NCBI GenBank assembly: GCA_051532055.1
Contig: JAOPTX010000015.1
Coordinates: forward strand, 60,173-124,172
Reading direction: 5' to 3'
Origin: Fibrobacterales bacterium
GTDB lineage: Bacteria > Fibrobacterota > Fibrobacteria > Fibrobacterales > JAOPTW01
Length of the DNA: 64,000 nucleotides
The position numbers and the translations under genes are program-made. Below are positions 40,037-50,711 of the stretch, piece by piece. The stretch's first letter is position 1. Each line of letters begins with the position of its first letter. Under the pieces are notes generated by a model. That model was given only the letters and a program-made list of their open reading frames with translations, was not told where the DNA came from and did not search any database.

Positions 40037-40789
40037 TTGAAAAATATGCAGGATGCATCAAATTATATTAAAGGAAAATATAAGGGTGATGAAAATCCCC
40101 GTCCTTTTTGTTACCGCTGCTGGAAGGTCGAAGAACTCTGCCTTTGTGCAACAATACCAGAACTCACTTCACAAGTTCGTATTGGAATATTGCAACACCC
40201 GAATGAACGCTATATGCCTATAAATACTGCGCGATTTACTCACCTTTCTCTTACTAATTCAGTCATGTTTCATGGGGTCTATTTTAACGAACATGAATCA
40301 TTTTTATCTGATTTTAAAAAAATTCCACAAGAAAAAAATGGACTTCTCTTTCCTTCGCCTCATGCGGTAGATCTTTCTGAAGCGCCTGAAGATATGCAAA
40401 ACCTTTATGTGGTTGATGGGACATGGAGAGAAGCGAAAAAAATGATATATAACTCACCGGTACTGAATGATATTCCGCATTATAGTATTAACCCCAAGAG
40501 TGAGAGTAATTATCGTATTCGAAAAGAACCAAAAAAGAATTTCATTTCTACGGTTGAAGCTGTGGTGATGAGTTTGCGGACGTTAGAGTGCTCGTCTGAT
40601 GCATATGAAGAACTTTTAAAAGTATTTGATACTATGGTTGAAAACCAGTTAAATTTTATTAATTCAAAGCCGCAATCAAGACATCGAGATTTTTCCCGAC
40701 GCAAAGAAGAACGTAAAAAACAGGCAAAAGAAAATCTTAAAAAGTATTCTGGTTACAGTGATAATCAATTAGATGCACTTTCTGACTGA
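40037..40789 (+). CDS. DTW-domain tRNA aminocarboxypropyltransferase (TapT-like)
   Basis: C..C....C.C, HP.E, NTAR, LLFP, DGTW..A, Y..RK and ST.EA motifs. Confidence 0.9.
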   Translation: MKNMQDASNYIKGKYKGDENPRPFCYRCWKVEELCLCATIPELTSQVRIGILQHPNERYMPINTARFTHLSLTNSVMFHGVYFNEHESFLSDFKKIPQEKNGLLFPSPHAVDLSEAPEDMQNLYVVDGTWREAKKMIYNSPVLNDIPHYSINPKSESNYRIRKEPKKNFISTVEAVVMSLRTLECSSDAYEELLKVFDTMVENQLNFINSKPQSRHRDFSRRKEERKKQAKENLKKYSGYSDNQLDALSD

Positions 40790-43700
40790 TGATTTAAAGA
40801 AATCTCAATATGAGATATAATAGCTGAGCAAAACTCTTTGATGTTTCGATGCTCTTCATTGTTTATACAGTAAAAGAAAAATTGTTTCCCGTATTTAGGA
40901 GGCATTTTAAAAAGTTTCTTTTTGGCGCACTTTTTTACATATCCATTTGTTGCTTTATGATTATAGATAAAGATCAAGGTATCCATCGCAAACTCATATT
41001 CTTTTGAATTTATTAATATTTGAGAAAGGTCAAGAAGGCTTTCTAGTATGATAGGATAAGTGCCGCTTTTATGAGCGATAGGAATAAGGGTGTTGAAACG
41101 GTTTAACGCTTCAGGAATGTTTTTAGACGCTAGAGCAAGTTTGGACAAATTGTTTATTGCGCGCATGGTGCCATTTTCATAGTTAAGGTGGACACTCATG
41201 GTGTGTGCTTTAGTGAAAGATTCGTCTGCGTTTACAAAGTTTTGAGTGAGAAGTGCATGAATTCCTAAAATGTTGTTATAATCAACGGTAAAGGTACTTT
41301 GAGAAGGAATGGATTCCGTATCAATTTTATTGAGGTAATCACCCATAAGCGTAATTTTATTACTCTGCCATTGGAGTGTTGCCAAATGCAAATAGGATTG
41401 ATTTATCCCATACTTTTGTTCATTTTTTTCGAAGAGCGATAGCGCTTCATCAAGTTGGCTCTTTGATTTTTTAAAGTTCCCGAGTGAACTATGTATCATT
41501 CCCATGCTCAAAAGGGTTTCTCCAATAACCTTGCTGTTACCATTGTTGCTACTCAGTATTAATAGTTTCTCAGCAGTGGTGAGGGCTTTTGGGTAATCAC
41601 CTACTTGGTGGTAGATAGAAACAAGAGTTACGAGCTTCTCAATAGTAAGCTCTTCATGAGTTGAATTATAGAGTGTGAGGTCTTGTTGATTAGTACCAGA
41701 GCCAGACTCGAATTCAGAAATTGAAGAATATTTTTGGGCCTCACTAAAATTACCACTATTATAGAGGCTTCGTGCTAAATTGTGTTGAGCCCATTGAATG
41801 CCAGCAGGATAATTGCTGTACTGGTATTGAACGAGGCTCTCCTTAAAGTGACTTACAGCTTTTTCACAAAGATCCATTTGTAAATAGATCAATCCAATGA
41901 TTCCTTCTGCCCATGCATGAGCAGTACTGTTTTGTTTGGCAATAAATACTTTGAGTGCTTTTTGAGCAGAAGTGAGCGCATCATCTTTTTTGTTGAGAAA
42001 AGTATTGAGGGTGCTCATGCGTATGAGTGTCACTGCTTGATTGTACTCAATATCTTGACCGTCTATAGTGGATTGAGACGATGCCAATAATTCATTTGAT
42101 AGCGAAAGCGAATGAGTAAGTAATGCTTCAGCATCCTCTGGGGCTTGAAGGTGAGTATAGCACGAACCCAATATCGAATGTAGTTGTGCTTTACACGAAA
42201 TCACATCGGGGCTCTGAATGAGTGTTGCTTCGTCAAGAGTTGTGCGGAGCACATCAAAGAGAATGATGATTTCTGCATAAGCATGTAGCCTGTCTAAGGG
42301 CTCAAAGAGAGCGTTCATAAAAAGTACAATTTCTTCAAGGGACCCATTATTTATGCACAGATGCCATGCAGAAATTATGTTTTCCTTATTGACCTTAAAA
42401 TACTCCAAAATTTTATTTTGATGAGATGAATGTATTTTGGGTAAATTTTTACTGAGAACTTCGAGATAATAGTGGTAATAGGATTGATGGACGCTATTCA
42501 TAGAATCCGATGCCAAGAGTTCTTCGTAGGCAATTCTTTTAAATACTTTTTCCATTGTGTAGAGTTCGGAGGACGTTTTAATTAACGGGGATTTATTAAA
42601 AAGTCGCGCTATGGTTAGCGCTTGAACTCCAGTGGCTTTTTGTGCATCATAGGTATTAAAGCTATTTTTAAAAATTGAAAGCTTGATAAATGCATCATAT
42701 TCATCATTTTTTAAATCTTGTAAAGTCGCTTCGAACATTGCGCGGAGTGCATTGTTTCTTTTAGGTAGGTCGGGGATTGTTTGGTCGCGTTTCTCAAACT
42801 CCGGTATTAATTGTTCTAGGGTATTGTTAAGTTGGTTTACGGTGAGAGTTTTGCTCCAGGTTGCAGCCATTAGAATTGCTTGTGGAGTACCCTGTAATAC
42901 GTGACATATATTAATAATCATTTTTATTGTAGCGTCATTCAGTACTAAGTCGGGGTACATATAAAGGGCGTGATTAAGGTAGAGCATAAAACTACTTTCA
43001 CCAAAGAGATGCTCAACAAGAGACGCATCGAGTGAGGGTAAAGGCAGGTTGCCTAAGGTAAAGACTTTTTCATTGGGGAGCTCTACCGGAAGGCGCGTCA
43101 CAAGGAGGAGTTGTAATGATGAAGTATTTTGGATAAGGCGTGTAAGGAATTCAAGATGGTGAGAGAGAAATAGTGTGCCACAATCAGCTATGATAAGGAT
43201 TTTTTTGTTTTTAAGGTGAATAATTATCTGGGTATCTATATCAGAAGCTGAATGAAGAGTGATTTTGAGGTTTGTAGCTAGGGTGAAAAGATGTTCTTGA
43301 AGGTCCATTTGGTCATTAAAGTCGATATAAAAAACACCAGCAGAAAATATTTTATGACACTGAGCCCCTAAGTGATGACTGAGACGGGTTTTGCCTACTC
43401 CAGCAGGACCCGTTATGCTCAAGACCCTGTTGTCAAGAAGCATGTTTTGTAATACATTGAGCTCATTTTCCCGGCCCGTGAGTGGTGTTTCATAGAGGGG
43501 GAGGTTGGTGGGCGTTGTAATTCGTTTTTCAGTTATGTGACCAGGGTTGAGTGTTGCTGTGCTTGTGGTCCCAAAAATGTGGTCGGAAATGAGTAAATCT
43601 GTTAAAATGGGGGTCCCATAATCCATCACGTTTGAGTGCATGAGAGCAGGGAGAGTCTCGTAGGCTGCTTTGGGGAGAAGAATTTGCCCACCAGGACATA

Positions 43701-44040
43701 CTGCATTAAGTCTACGCGCTTGAGCAACTGCGGAACCAATTATGTATGAATTTATTGAGACAGTCGGGCCAGTCCCCATGGATATTCGAACTGCTCTAAT
43801 GTTTTTGCTCCCAATAAGTTCAAGTAATAGATCGAAAATCTCTATTGCGCATTTTAAAGGGAAGTCATTTGTGAATGAAGCGAAATAGTGGTGAGTTGTG
43901 GTTGTGAACGAGTGACCACCATATTTAAGGATTGTGGTAATGATGGTGTCATCAATGGAGTCCATAATTTTTGAGTCACTCGAAAAGAGCGATTGATTTT
44001 GACGGCTCGGAGTTATGGAAGTAAGGAGTATGTATTGCAT
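40765..44040 (-). CDS. Degenerate class III cyclase domain + STAND NTPase + TPR protein
   Basis: VRI..GTG...G.AV..A.RL...GGQILL (cyclase-like); NLP....GRE.EL and GPAGVGKTRL (STAND); C-terminal TPR repeats. Confidence 0.85.
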   Translation of the reverse strand: MQYILLTSITPSRQNQSLFSSDSKIMDSIDDTIITTILKYGGHSFTTTTHHYFASFTNDFPLKCAIEIFDLLLELIGSKNIRAVRISMGTGPTVSINSYIIGSAVAQARRLNAVCPGGQILLPKAAYETLPALMHSNVMDYGTPILTDLLISDHIFGTTSTATLNPGHITEKRITTPTNLPLYETPLTGRENELNVLQNMLLDNRVLSITGPAGVGKTRLSHHLGAQCHKIFSAGVFYIDFNDQMDLQEHLFTLATNLKITLHSASDIDTQIIIHLKNKKILIIADCGTLFLSHHLEFLTRLIQNTSSLQLLLVTRLPVELPNEKVFTLGNLPLPSLDASLVEHLFGESSFMLYLNHALYMYPDLVLNDATIKMIINICHVLQGTPQAILMAATWSKTLTVNQLNNTLEQLIPEFEKRDQTIPDLPKRNNALRAMFEATLQDLKNDEYDAFIKLSIFKNSFNTYDAQKATGVQALTIARLFNKSPLIKTSSELYTMEKVFKRIAYEELLASDSMNSVHQSYYHYYLEVLSKNLPKIHSSHQNKILEYFKVNKENIISAWHLCINNGSLEEIVLFMNALFEPLDRLHAYAEIIILFDVLRTTLDEATLIQSPDVISCKAQLHSILGSCYTHLQAPEDAEALLTHSLSLSNELLASSQSTIDGQDIEYNQAVTLIRMSTLNTFLNKKDDALTSAQKALKVFIAKQNSTAHAWAEGIIGLIYLQMDLCEKAVSHFKESLVQYQYSNYPAGIQWAQHNLARSLYNSGNFSEAQKYSSISEFESGSGTNQQDLTLYNSTHEELTIEKLVTLVSIYHQVGDYPKALTTAEKLLILSSNNGNSKVIGETLLSMGMIHSSLGNFKKSKSQLDEALSLFEKNEQKYGINQSYLHLATLQWQSNKITLMGDYLNKIDTESIPSQSTFTVDYNNILGIHALLTQNFVNADESFTKAHTMSVHLNYENGTMRAINNLSKLALASKNIPEALNRFNTLIPIAHKSGTYPIILESLLDLSQILINSKEYEFAMDTLIFIYNHKATNGYVKKCAKKKLFKMPPKYGKQFFFYCINNEEHRNIKEFCSAIISHIEISLNHQSESASN

Positions 44041-44223
44041 AGTTTAAAAAGGCCAATTTTTTATGATTATCTCATTTTTATGGCAAATTATGTTGGAAAA
44101 AGAACAATACATCTAATTGAGAGACAAAATTGTTTTGCAATGCAATGGTAAATTATTAGAGGTGTTCTTATGGGGGGTATTTTGTATATTTTATCCCAAA
44201 TTGTCCAATAAATAGAGAAATTT

Positions 44224-45711
44224 GTGAAGATATTATCACTCCTGCTCTGCGTGAGCTTTTTGCTCTCTGCATGCCTTTTCGATGAATCTAATCTTGATGC
44301 GAGTCAGGGCTACCTCGAAGCACAAGGTATTGAACTTACTAATGATACTGTTTCAGTAGTATTAAATAACATTACCACAGACTCACTCACTCTTCATAAA
44401 TCGAACCGGACCCTTTTCGATGCTTCAGTAAGTATTGTAGGACGAGATAGTGTCATGGGCGATTTCACTGCAGGGTTTGGCTATGAGTTGACGGGAATTA
44501 CTCAAGCTCAAACAACAGAACTTTTAGAATCACAGTTTTTTACTCAGCCATATCTGATATTTGATGTTGATTCGCTCTACAGTAATTACGCCCGTGAGGA
44601 TGGAGTGTCACTTTTTCAAAATGAATTAGTTGAAATACGTTATTCAGTGATTCTGCATAAATATGAACAGAGTTTCAAAAAAGATCGACAAGATAGTGTT
44701 GCCTTTTTTGGAGACCTTCTTAGAGGTAGTGAAGATACTTTATCGAAATTCTTTAATGACCTTGTTAACCCTAATGGCATCGCTGTTACTTCTTCAGGAG
44801 TAATAAGAAAAGAGTTTATTGATACTGTCTCATTAAATGGTTCTATTGATAGTGGAGCGGCCCTTGTTCTTGACTCGGCCCTTTTAGCTCTGTACAACGC
44901 GCCAATAGTAGTACCACTTGGGGAAGAGCTTCGTACTCAAATGATAGCACTTAAAGATTCATTACTTTGGTTTTCAATAGTTTTCACGAGTGTTAAAGCA
45001 GTAGACTCAACAACCATCGGGGGCCTTGTTCATTTGCAAGTTGATTATCCTAAGCCAGTAATCTGTTTTTCTGACTCACTTATGTTAACCCATTCAGTTG
45101 ACCGATTTCATGTAAATCGCACTGATACTGCTCCTTTAACAGCACTGGGCATGGGAGCTGGAACCAGTATAAGTGGTCTGGATTCTGTAAGCTTTAAATT
45201 AAACCCCGATTCTCTGTTGAATCAATTAGAAGAGAGTATTGGGACTATTTCGGGTCAATATGTAAATCACGTGGTTCAACGAGCAACCCTAAGTTTTACT
45301 ACTCAGAATAACGTGTGGTCAGAGTTTGAACAACCATTTATCGTTGAAGCAGTTAGTGAAACCTTTGACATGAGTTCAGTTGGGTTTAGTGGCTTTAAAG
45401 TACTTGAAAGGCAGTTTGCTGACTCTGCACTTACTAACGTGGTTGACTCAACTGGGTCTTTTACTGTCGATATAACTGAGACTGTTAAGCATATTGTGAA
45501 TTTAGGACGTGTGGGTGCAGAACCGATAACTTATTTGTATCCATCAAAATCAGTAATCGATCCCTCAAAAAAATACCTTTATTGGAGACATGTGGAAAAC
45601 GATACAACGAAAATAGACGATAACCGTTTCAATCGCTTTCTTAAGTCTATTGATTTTAGTGATTTAACATTTGATCTTCATATTGAGCTCATTGAGCTTG
45701 GTGCGATTTAG
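44224..45711 (+). CDS. Hypothetical lipoprotein (495 aa)
   Basis: LSAC lipobox; beta-rich sequence; co-oriented with the downstream OMP gene. Confidence 0.75.
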   Translation: MKILSLLLCVSFLLSACLFDESNLDASQGYLEAQGIELTNDTVSVVLNNITTDSLTLHKSNRTLFDASVSIVGRDSVMGDFTAGFGYELTGITQAQTTELLESQFFTQPYLIFDVDSLYSNYAREDGVSLFQNELVEIRYSVILHKYEQSFKKDRQDSVAFFGDLLRGSEDTLSKFFNDLVNPNGIAVTSSGVIRKEFIDTVSLNGSIDSGAALVLDSALLALYNAPIVVPLGEELRTQMIALKDSLLWFSIVFTSVKAVDSTTIGGLVHLQVDYPKPVICFSDSLMLTHSVDRFHVNRTDTAPLTALGMGAGTSISGLDSVSFKLNPDSLLNQLEESIGTISGQYVNHVVQRATLSFTTQNNVWSEFEQPFIVEAVSETFDMSSVGFSGFKVLERQFADSALTNVVDSTGSFTVDITETVKHIVNLGRVGAEPITYLYPSKSVIDPSKKYLYWRHVENDTTKIDDNRFNRFLKSIDFSDLTFDLHIELIELGAI

Positions 45712-45719
45712 GGGCCTTC

Positions 45720-46943
45720 ATGATACGTAATTCATTACTTATTCTTATTATTATTTCCTTGCCAATTTGGGCTGCATCAACAATTGGGATTAGTCAACTT
45801 GGTGTTCCTCAATCACCAAATCTCGCTAAAGGAATATCCTTGGGTGGGGCAAATGCAACTCTTCTTGATGATGGACACTCTTTAAGTAACCCTGCAAAAA
45901 TGGCGTTTAATAGTAAAACGAGTTTTGCGGCAGGCTTACTGTTTGAATCTGTTGAATATGGAAAGACTACTGAGAGTGGCTTTAATATTCCATATATTTC
46001 AATGAGTATTCCAATTGGAACAGCGGGAAATGTTTCACTTGCGTATTTTCAAAAATTTGGATATGACTTTCATTATGAACAACCCGTAGAGTCGGACACT
46101 CTTAAAACAACAATAGAGGGTGCAATTGCTGAAATTGTTCCTTCGTGGTCTATCACACTTTTTGACCGCCTTGCTATCGGGGTTAATTATCACCACCCTA
46201 TGGGTGCAACTCAGGTCTACGAAGAGAACAACCAACGTATTAAAAATACTACTGTGTCTTATGAGTCTGATGCACAAATTGGATATGTAGGTACTTCTAT
46301 TCAGTTTAGCGGAAAAGGGTGGGCGTTCTATTTTGGATATCAACCTGAATATACAATCAAACAACTCTATACAGGAGGTATGTCTTTTAAAGAGAATCTC
46401 CAAGATACATCACTCTATGAATTTGATGCGAACCAAAACCAGTCTGAAGTACTTTTTAAAGTAGAGAAAGAGCAGAGTTTTGGTGCAGAACTATCTGTTG
46501 GTGGGTCTATGCGCTTAAATAATTATCATATGGTGTCGGTAGAAGGACATTATCAACTGTGGGATGGGATAAAATCAATTTCTCCTCTTACCGTAGCCAA
46601 TGAGAAGCGAGAAACAGCGCTTAATGATTCGTATTCTGCTGGAGTAGGGTATCAATTGACACCATCTCGAAGAGCCTATGACTTCTATCTTAAAAGAGTT
46701 TCTTATCGTGTAGGCGCTCAATATGGGCAACTCTACGTCAATGAATCAACAGAAGTCAAAGGGTCTATTGGTTTTGGTTTCCCACTTGGCACTCGCCGGG
46801 TTTCAAATCTTGATCTTTCTCTTTACTATAATATTAGAGGTTTAGGAGCAGACTCTCCTCAATATGAAGAGCATGTTGTTGGTGGCGCTATTAGCTTTAC
46901 CGGTTTTGGCGACTGGGGTAAATCTTCTCGTCGATATCGTTAG
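45720..46943 (+). CDS. Outer-membrane beta-barrel, FadL/OmpP1-like
   Basis: Signal peptide; ..LGGA....NPA plug motif; alternating aromatic beta strands. Confidence 0.65.
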   Translation: MIRNSLLILIIISLPIWAASTIGISQLGVPQSPNLAKGISLGGANATLLDDGHSLSNPAKMAFNSKTSFAAGLLFESVEYGKTTESGFNIPYISMSIPIGTAGNVSLAYFQKFGYDFHYEQPVESDTLKTTIEGAIAEIVPSWSITLFDRLAIGVNYHHPMGATQVYEENNQRIKNTTVSYESDAQIGYVGTSIQFSGKGWAFYFGYQPEYTIKQLYTGGMSFKENLQDTSLYEFDANQNQSEVLFKVEKEQSFGAELSVGGSMRLNNYHMVSVEGHYQLWDGIKSISPLTVANEKRETALNDSYSAGVGYQLTPSRRAYDFYLKRVSYRVGAQYGQLYVNESTEVKGSIGFGFPLGTRRVSNLDLSLYYNIRGLGADSPQYEEHVVGGAISFTGFGDWGKSSRRYR

Positions 46944-48535
46944 CTTTTATAAAGCAGTGAGGGTTGTATGAATGTATGGCGTGCAGTACTGTCATCTTTC
47001 GTAAAAGTATAGTCATCTGAAATATGGAGTCCACGGGACTCCTTTCTTTTTAAAGCGCTACGAATAGTGAGTTCTGCACAGAGAGCGACATTTCTAAGTT
47101 CAATTAAATTCAGAGGTGTGCGGACAGGGCTTTGATAATCTTCATCAGCTTTTTTTCGAATCGTCTGAACAAGTTCGAGTGCCTTTTTAAGATTGTTGGT
47201 TGTACGAATAATCCCTACTTTATCCCACATAATTGATTGGACTTGCTTTTTTAAGAAGTCATAGTCTTGTGTTGAGGGTATAAACCGTTTTTTGGGTGGG
47301 AGCGCAACGGTACAGAAAGGATTGTTCAAATTATTTGCACTATACTTAAACGCCCTCAGTGAAAAGACGACACTTTCTAAAAGTGAGTTTGATGCAAGAC
47401 GATTGGCCCCATGGGTCTCAAAACAACCAGACTCACCACAGACATAGAGGCCGTTCAGATTGGTTTGCGCATTGTGATTAGCCTTTATGCCACCACAAAT
47501 GTAGTGGGCGGCAGGCACAACAGGAATCCAATCTTTAGACATGTTAATACCTGCGTTAAGACAATGTTTAAATATGTTTGGAAAGTGTTTCTTGAGATTA
47601 CTCTCTTTTTTATGTGTAATATCAAGATAGACATGGGGGGAATGGTGTTTTTTCATCTCACGGTCTATTGCACGAGCAACGACATTTCTCGGTGCTAATG
47701 ACTCAAGGGGATGAACACCCTTCATAAAAGGTTCACCTAAATGGTTTTTTAATATGCCACCGTGTCCGCGAACTGCTTCGGAGATAAGAAATGTTTTTTC
47801 GCCGGGATTATAGAGTGTTGTTGGGTGAAATTGCATGAATTCCATATCCTCACTTGTACATCCTGCCCTAAAGGCCATTGCGATTCCATCACCAGTTGAT
47901 ACATTGGGATTTGTGGAGTGTTTAAAAATTTGAGCAGCGCCCCCTGTTGCTATGAAGGTCGCTCGGGCTGCGATATTTTTATATCGCATAGTTTGAGTAT
48001 TCAAAACGGTGACTCCAACACACTGTTTACTCTTATCAGAGCCATCGGTGACGAGGTCAATGGCCGTATGATTTTCAAAAAGGTCGATATTTGGGTTGTT
48101 ACACACCTTGTCGATCATTGCACGCATGATCTCTTGACCAGTAAGGTCATTGGCGTGTAAAATGCGTCGTTCAGTATGCCCACCTTCAAGGGCAAGGTGG
48201 TAGGGGGAGCCCTGTTTAGAGTGCGGCTCATTTTTAGTGAATGATACACCCCAATCAATTAAATTTTGTATTGCGGCAGGGCCTTCTTGTGTAAGAATTG
48301 CTACACGCTTACGGTTACAGAGCCCGGCACCAGCTGATAATGTGTCATCAATGTGTTTTTCAAAGCTGTCTTCGGGGAGCATTACACTTGCAATGCCACC
48401 TTGTGCATAATTTGTAGAGCAGTCGAGACTATCAGTTTTTGTTAGTATAGCGACAGAGTGTTTTTTAGCCGCTTTTAGGGCGATAGTAAGACCGGCTATT
48501 CCGGAGCCAATAACCAGATAATCGTAATTTTTCAT
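46940..48535 (-). CDS. nadB: L-aspartate oxidase
   Basis: GSGIAGL, YAQGGIA, EGGH..RRI.H, QFHPT, LISEAVRG, AHY.CGG, HGANRLASNSLLE and ESRGLH motifs. Confidence 0.96.
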   Translation of the reverse strand: MKNYDYLVIGSGIAGLTIALKAAKKHSVAILTKTDSLDCSTNYAQGGIASVMLPEDSFEKHIDDTLSAGAGLCNRKRVAILTQEGPAAIQNLIDWGVSFTKNEPHSKQGSPYHLALEGGHTERRILHANDLTGQEIMRAMIDKVCNNPNIDLFENHTAIDLVTDGSDKSKQCVGVTVLNTQTMRYKNIAARATFIATGGAAQIFKHSTNPNVSTGDGIAMAFRAGCTSEDMEFMQFHPTTLYNPGEKTFLISEAVRGHGGILKNHLGEPFMKGVHPLESLAPRNVVARAIDREMKKHHSPHVYLDITHKKESNLKKHFPNIFKHCLNAGINMSKDWIPVVPAAHYICGGIKANHNAQTNLNGLYVCGESGCFETHGANRLASNSLLESVVFSLRAFKYSANNLNNPFCTVALPPKKRFIPSTQDYDFLKKQVQSIMWDKVGIIRTTNNLKKALELVQTIRKKADEDYQSPVRTPLNLIELRNVALCAELTIRSALKRKESRGLHISDDYTFTKDDSTARHTFIQPSLLYKS

Positions 48536-48680
48536 AAAGAAAAATGTAGAAACTCATTTTATTCATTAATAGTGGTATTGATGAGATCCTTTTTATTTCT
48601 ACAAATTTGGGCATTTTTGATGGCTTACCCCGATTTACGGCTTAAATATGGATCAGTATTCGGGGTTTTAGCTATTTAGC

Positions 48681-48708
48681 TTGACGTGGCTGTTAAACTT
48701 CCTAAATT
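48681..48708 (+). promoter_or_regulatory. Putative sigma70 promoter
   Basis: TTGACG-16 bp-TAAATT upstream of the ATG at 48746. Confidence 0.4.
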
Positions 48709-48745
48709 TTCACCACTTAAAAAGACATTAAAGGATAGAACTCTT

Positions 48746-50581
48746 ATGATGATGACCTGGATTTCTGATAAAGCGGTGAAATGGATTCTCTACATTCTTG
48801 CACCCCTTATTGTCATTGGCCTACTATTTATGGGGATGACCGGTTTAACCACACAAAAAGAACCAAGTGTTGGTATTGTAAATGGAGTGAAGCTCAACAA
48901 TAGTGAGTTTAAAAATGCTCTACAGGCTTCTGAAAGGCAGAATACTCAACAAGGAAGAAGACTAACAGACAAGCAACGTTCTGAATCTCGTCGTCAGCTC
49001 TTTGATCAGATGATTGTTTCACAGCTTCTAAAAGAAAAAGTAGATGAAAATGAACTTCGTGCTTCAATTTTTGAAATGCGTAAAGAGCTTATGGAAAATC
49101 CACACCCTTCTTTTAAGCGTTCTCCAGAGTTTATGACTGACTCAGTATTTGATCTTAAAAAATACCAAGCATGGTTTCAAAATGATTCTGTATTTGACCT
49201 TCCTTGGATGGGTGATCTTGAAGCTGATTTACGTGACAATCGCGTACCTATGAATCAACTACAACTTTTTGTTTCTGCAAAACAACATATGTCAGATATC
49301 GAGAGAAGTTTTGCAATTCAACAGCGTGACAACAAATATGATATAGAGTACCTCTCTGTGTCACTAGATTCATTCGGCATCAAAGAGAGTGATGTGTCAA
49401 AAGAAGAAATTGCAGAGTATTTCAAGGCACATCAAGACAGCTTTACTGTGGCAAAGGATCAAGCAAAATTTGATTATATATCAGTTACTGTAGCTCCATC
49501 ATCAAATGATGATACGAATGCAAAACTTCATACTGCATGGATTCTTGATCAAATCAAAAGCGGGAGTTCTGATTTTGCTCAAATGGCAAAAACAAATTCT
49601 GAAGATCTTGCCTCAGCTCCTCAAGGAGGGGCACTCGGTGATTATGTTGGTTCAGAACAATGGGTTAAACCTTTTGCTGATGCTGCATTTGCTCTGAAAG
49701 ATGGTGAAATTTCAGCACCAGTTAAAACTCAGTTCGGTTATCATCTTATTAAGTCACATGGTAAAAAAATAATTGATGGTAAAGAAAAAGCAAAATTGAG
49801 TCACATACTCGTTAAAGTAACTGCCGGCCCAGAGACAGTAGACAGTCTTCGTCAAATGCTCGATAATGTTAAAACAAAAGTTCTTGCAGGGGGTTCATTT
49901 GAGTCTGTTGCAAAGGAAAACAACCTTACCATTAAAAACTCTGAATACATTGCTCGCGGTGATTCAATCGATGCACTGGGGTACCTTGTAGGTCTATCAG
50001 ACTATGGTTTTGTTGAGCGTGACAATAAAGAACCTGTATCTCGTGTTCTTCAGAATGAAAAAGTAATGGCTCTCTTTAATAAATCTGGTGATCTGAGCCA
50101 AGGTACGGCATCGTTAGAGTTATTTGAAAGTGACATTAAAAAATCTGTATTAAAAGAGAAAAAAATAGTAGCAGCTAAAGCATACATGAAACAACAAATT
50201 ACTTCCTTAGGCGGTAAAAAAGTTGACTCAGCTACCGTTGTTTCTATTGCAAAGCTTGGATTTGATTCAGCTGAAAAGATTTCTGCATCTGGTTTCATAC
50301 CTAAAGTATCTTATGGCTACGGCTCTTCAGTTGTTGCAGAAATTTTGAAGCAGGATATAAATACTTGGGGTGAACCTAAAGTTGGAATGGGGTATGTCAT
50401 TGCTGCTCAAGTGAAAAGTAAAATGGAACTCTCAGAAGCGGACCTAGCTGAGAAAGTAAAAATTGAAAAAGATGTACCAGCTAATCAATACGCAAAACAG
50501 AATGTGTTCAACACCTGGGCTATGAATTTAAAAGAGATGGCGGTTATTGAAGATAACCTTGACCTCTTTTACTCTGAATAA
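48746..50581 (+). CDS. SurA/PpiD-like membrane-anchored parvulin PPIase chaperone
   Basis: N-terminal TM, VNG SurA_N-like region, and parvulin motif F..MAK..SED..SA..GG.LG...F..AAF.L..GEIS.PVKTQFGYHLIK. Confidence 0.88.
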   Translation: MMMTWISDKAVKWILYILAPLIVIGLLFMGMTGLTTQKEPSVGIVNGVKLNNSEFKNALQASERQNTQQGRRLTDKQRSESRRQLFDQMIVSQLLKEKVDENELRASIFEMRKELMENPHPSFKRSPEFMTDSVFDLKKYQAWFQNDSVFDLPWMGDLEADLRDNRVPMNQLQLFVSAKQHMSDIERSFAIQQRDNKYDIEYLSVSLDSFGIKESDVSKEEIAEYFKAHQDSFTVAKDQAKFDYISVTVAPSSNDDTNAKLHTAWILDQIKSGSSDFAQMAKTNSEDLASAPQGGALGDYVGSEQWVKPFADAAFALKDGEISAPVKTQFGYHLIKSHGKKIIDGKEKAKLSHILVKVTAGPETVDSLRQMLDNVKTKVLAGGSFESVAKENNLTIKNSEYIARGDSIDALGYLVGLSDYGFVERDNKEPVSRVLQNEKVMALFNKSGDLSQGTASLELFESDIKKSVLKEKKIVAAKAYMKQQITSLGGKKVDSATVVSIAKLGFDSAEKISASGFIPKVSYGYGSSVVAEILKQDINTWGEPKVGMGYVIAAQVKSKMELSEADLAEKVKIEKDVPANQYAKQNVFNTWAMNLKEMAVIEDNLDLFYSE

Positions 50582-50595
50582 GTAATAAAAATTAA

Positions 50596-50630
50596 TACAA
50601 AAAAAGCCCCGAAAAGGGGCTTTTTTTGTA
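50596..50630 (+). terminator. Intrinsic terminator
   Basis: AAAAAAAGCCCC-GAAAA-GGGGCTTTTTTT. Confidence 0.9.
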
Positions 50631-50711
50631 TCCAATCATAATATATGATCTATAGTGTTGCATGCTTGCCCCCTTGTATCGTATAATATGAAAAAATAGT
50701 CCGGGTTTCAT

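Noticed and set aside
48536..48745. NAD riboswitch or regulator site upstream of nadB
   Set aside because: No recognisable conserved structure or palindrome was found by eye.
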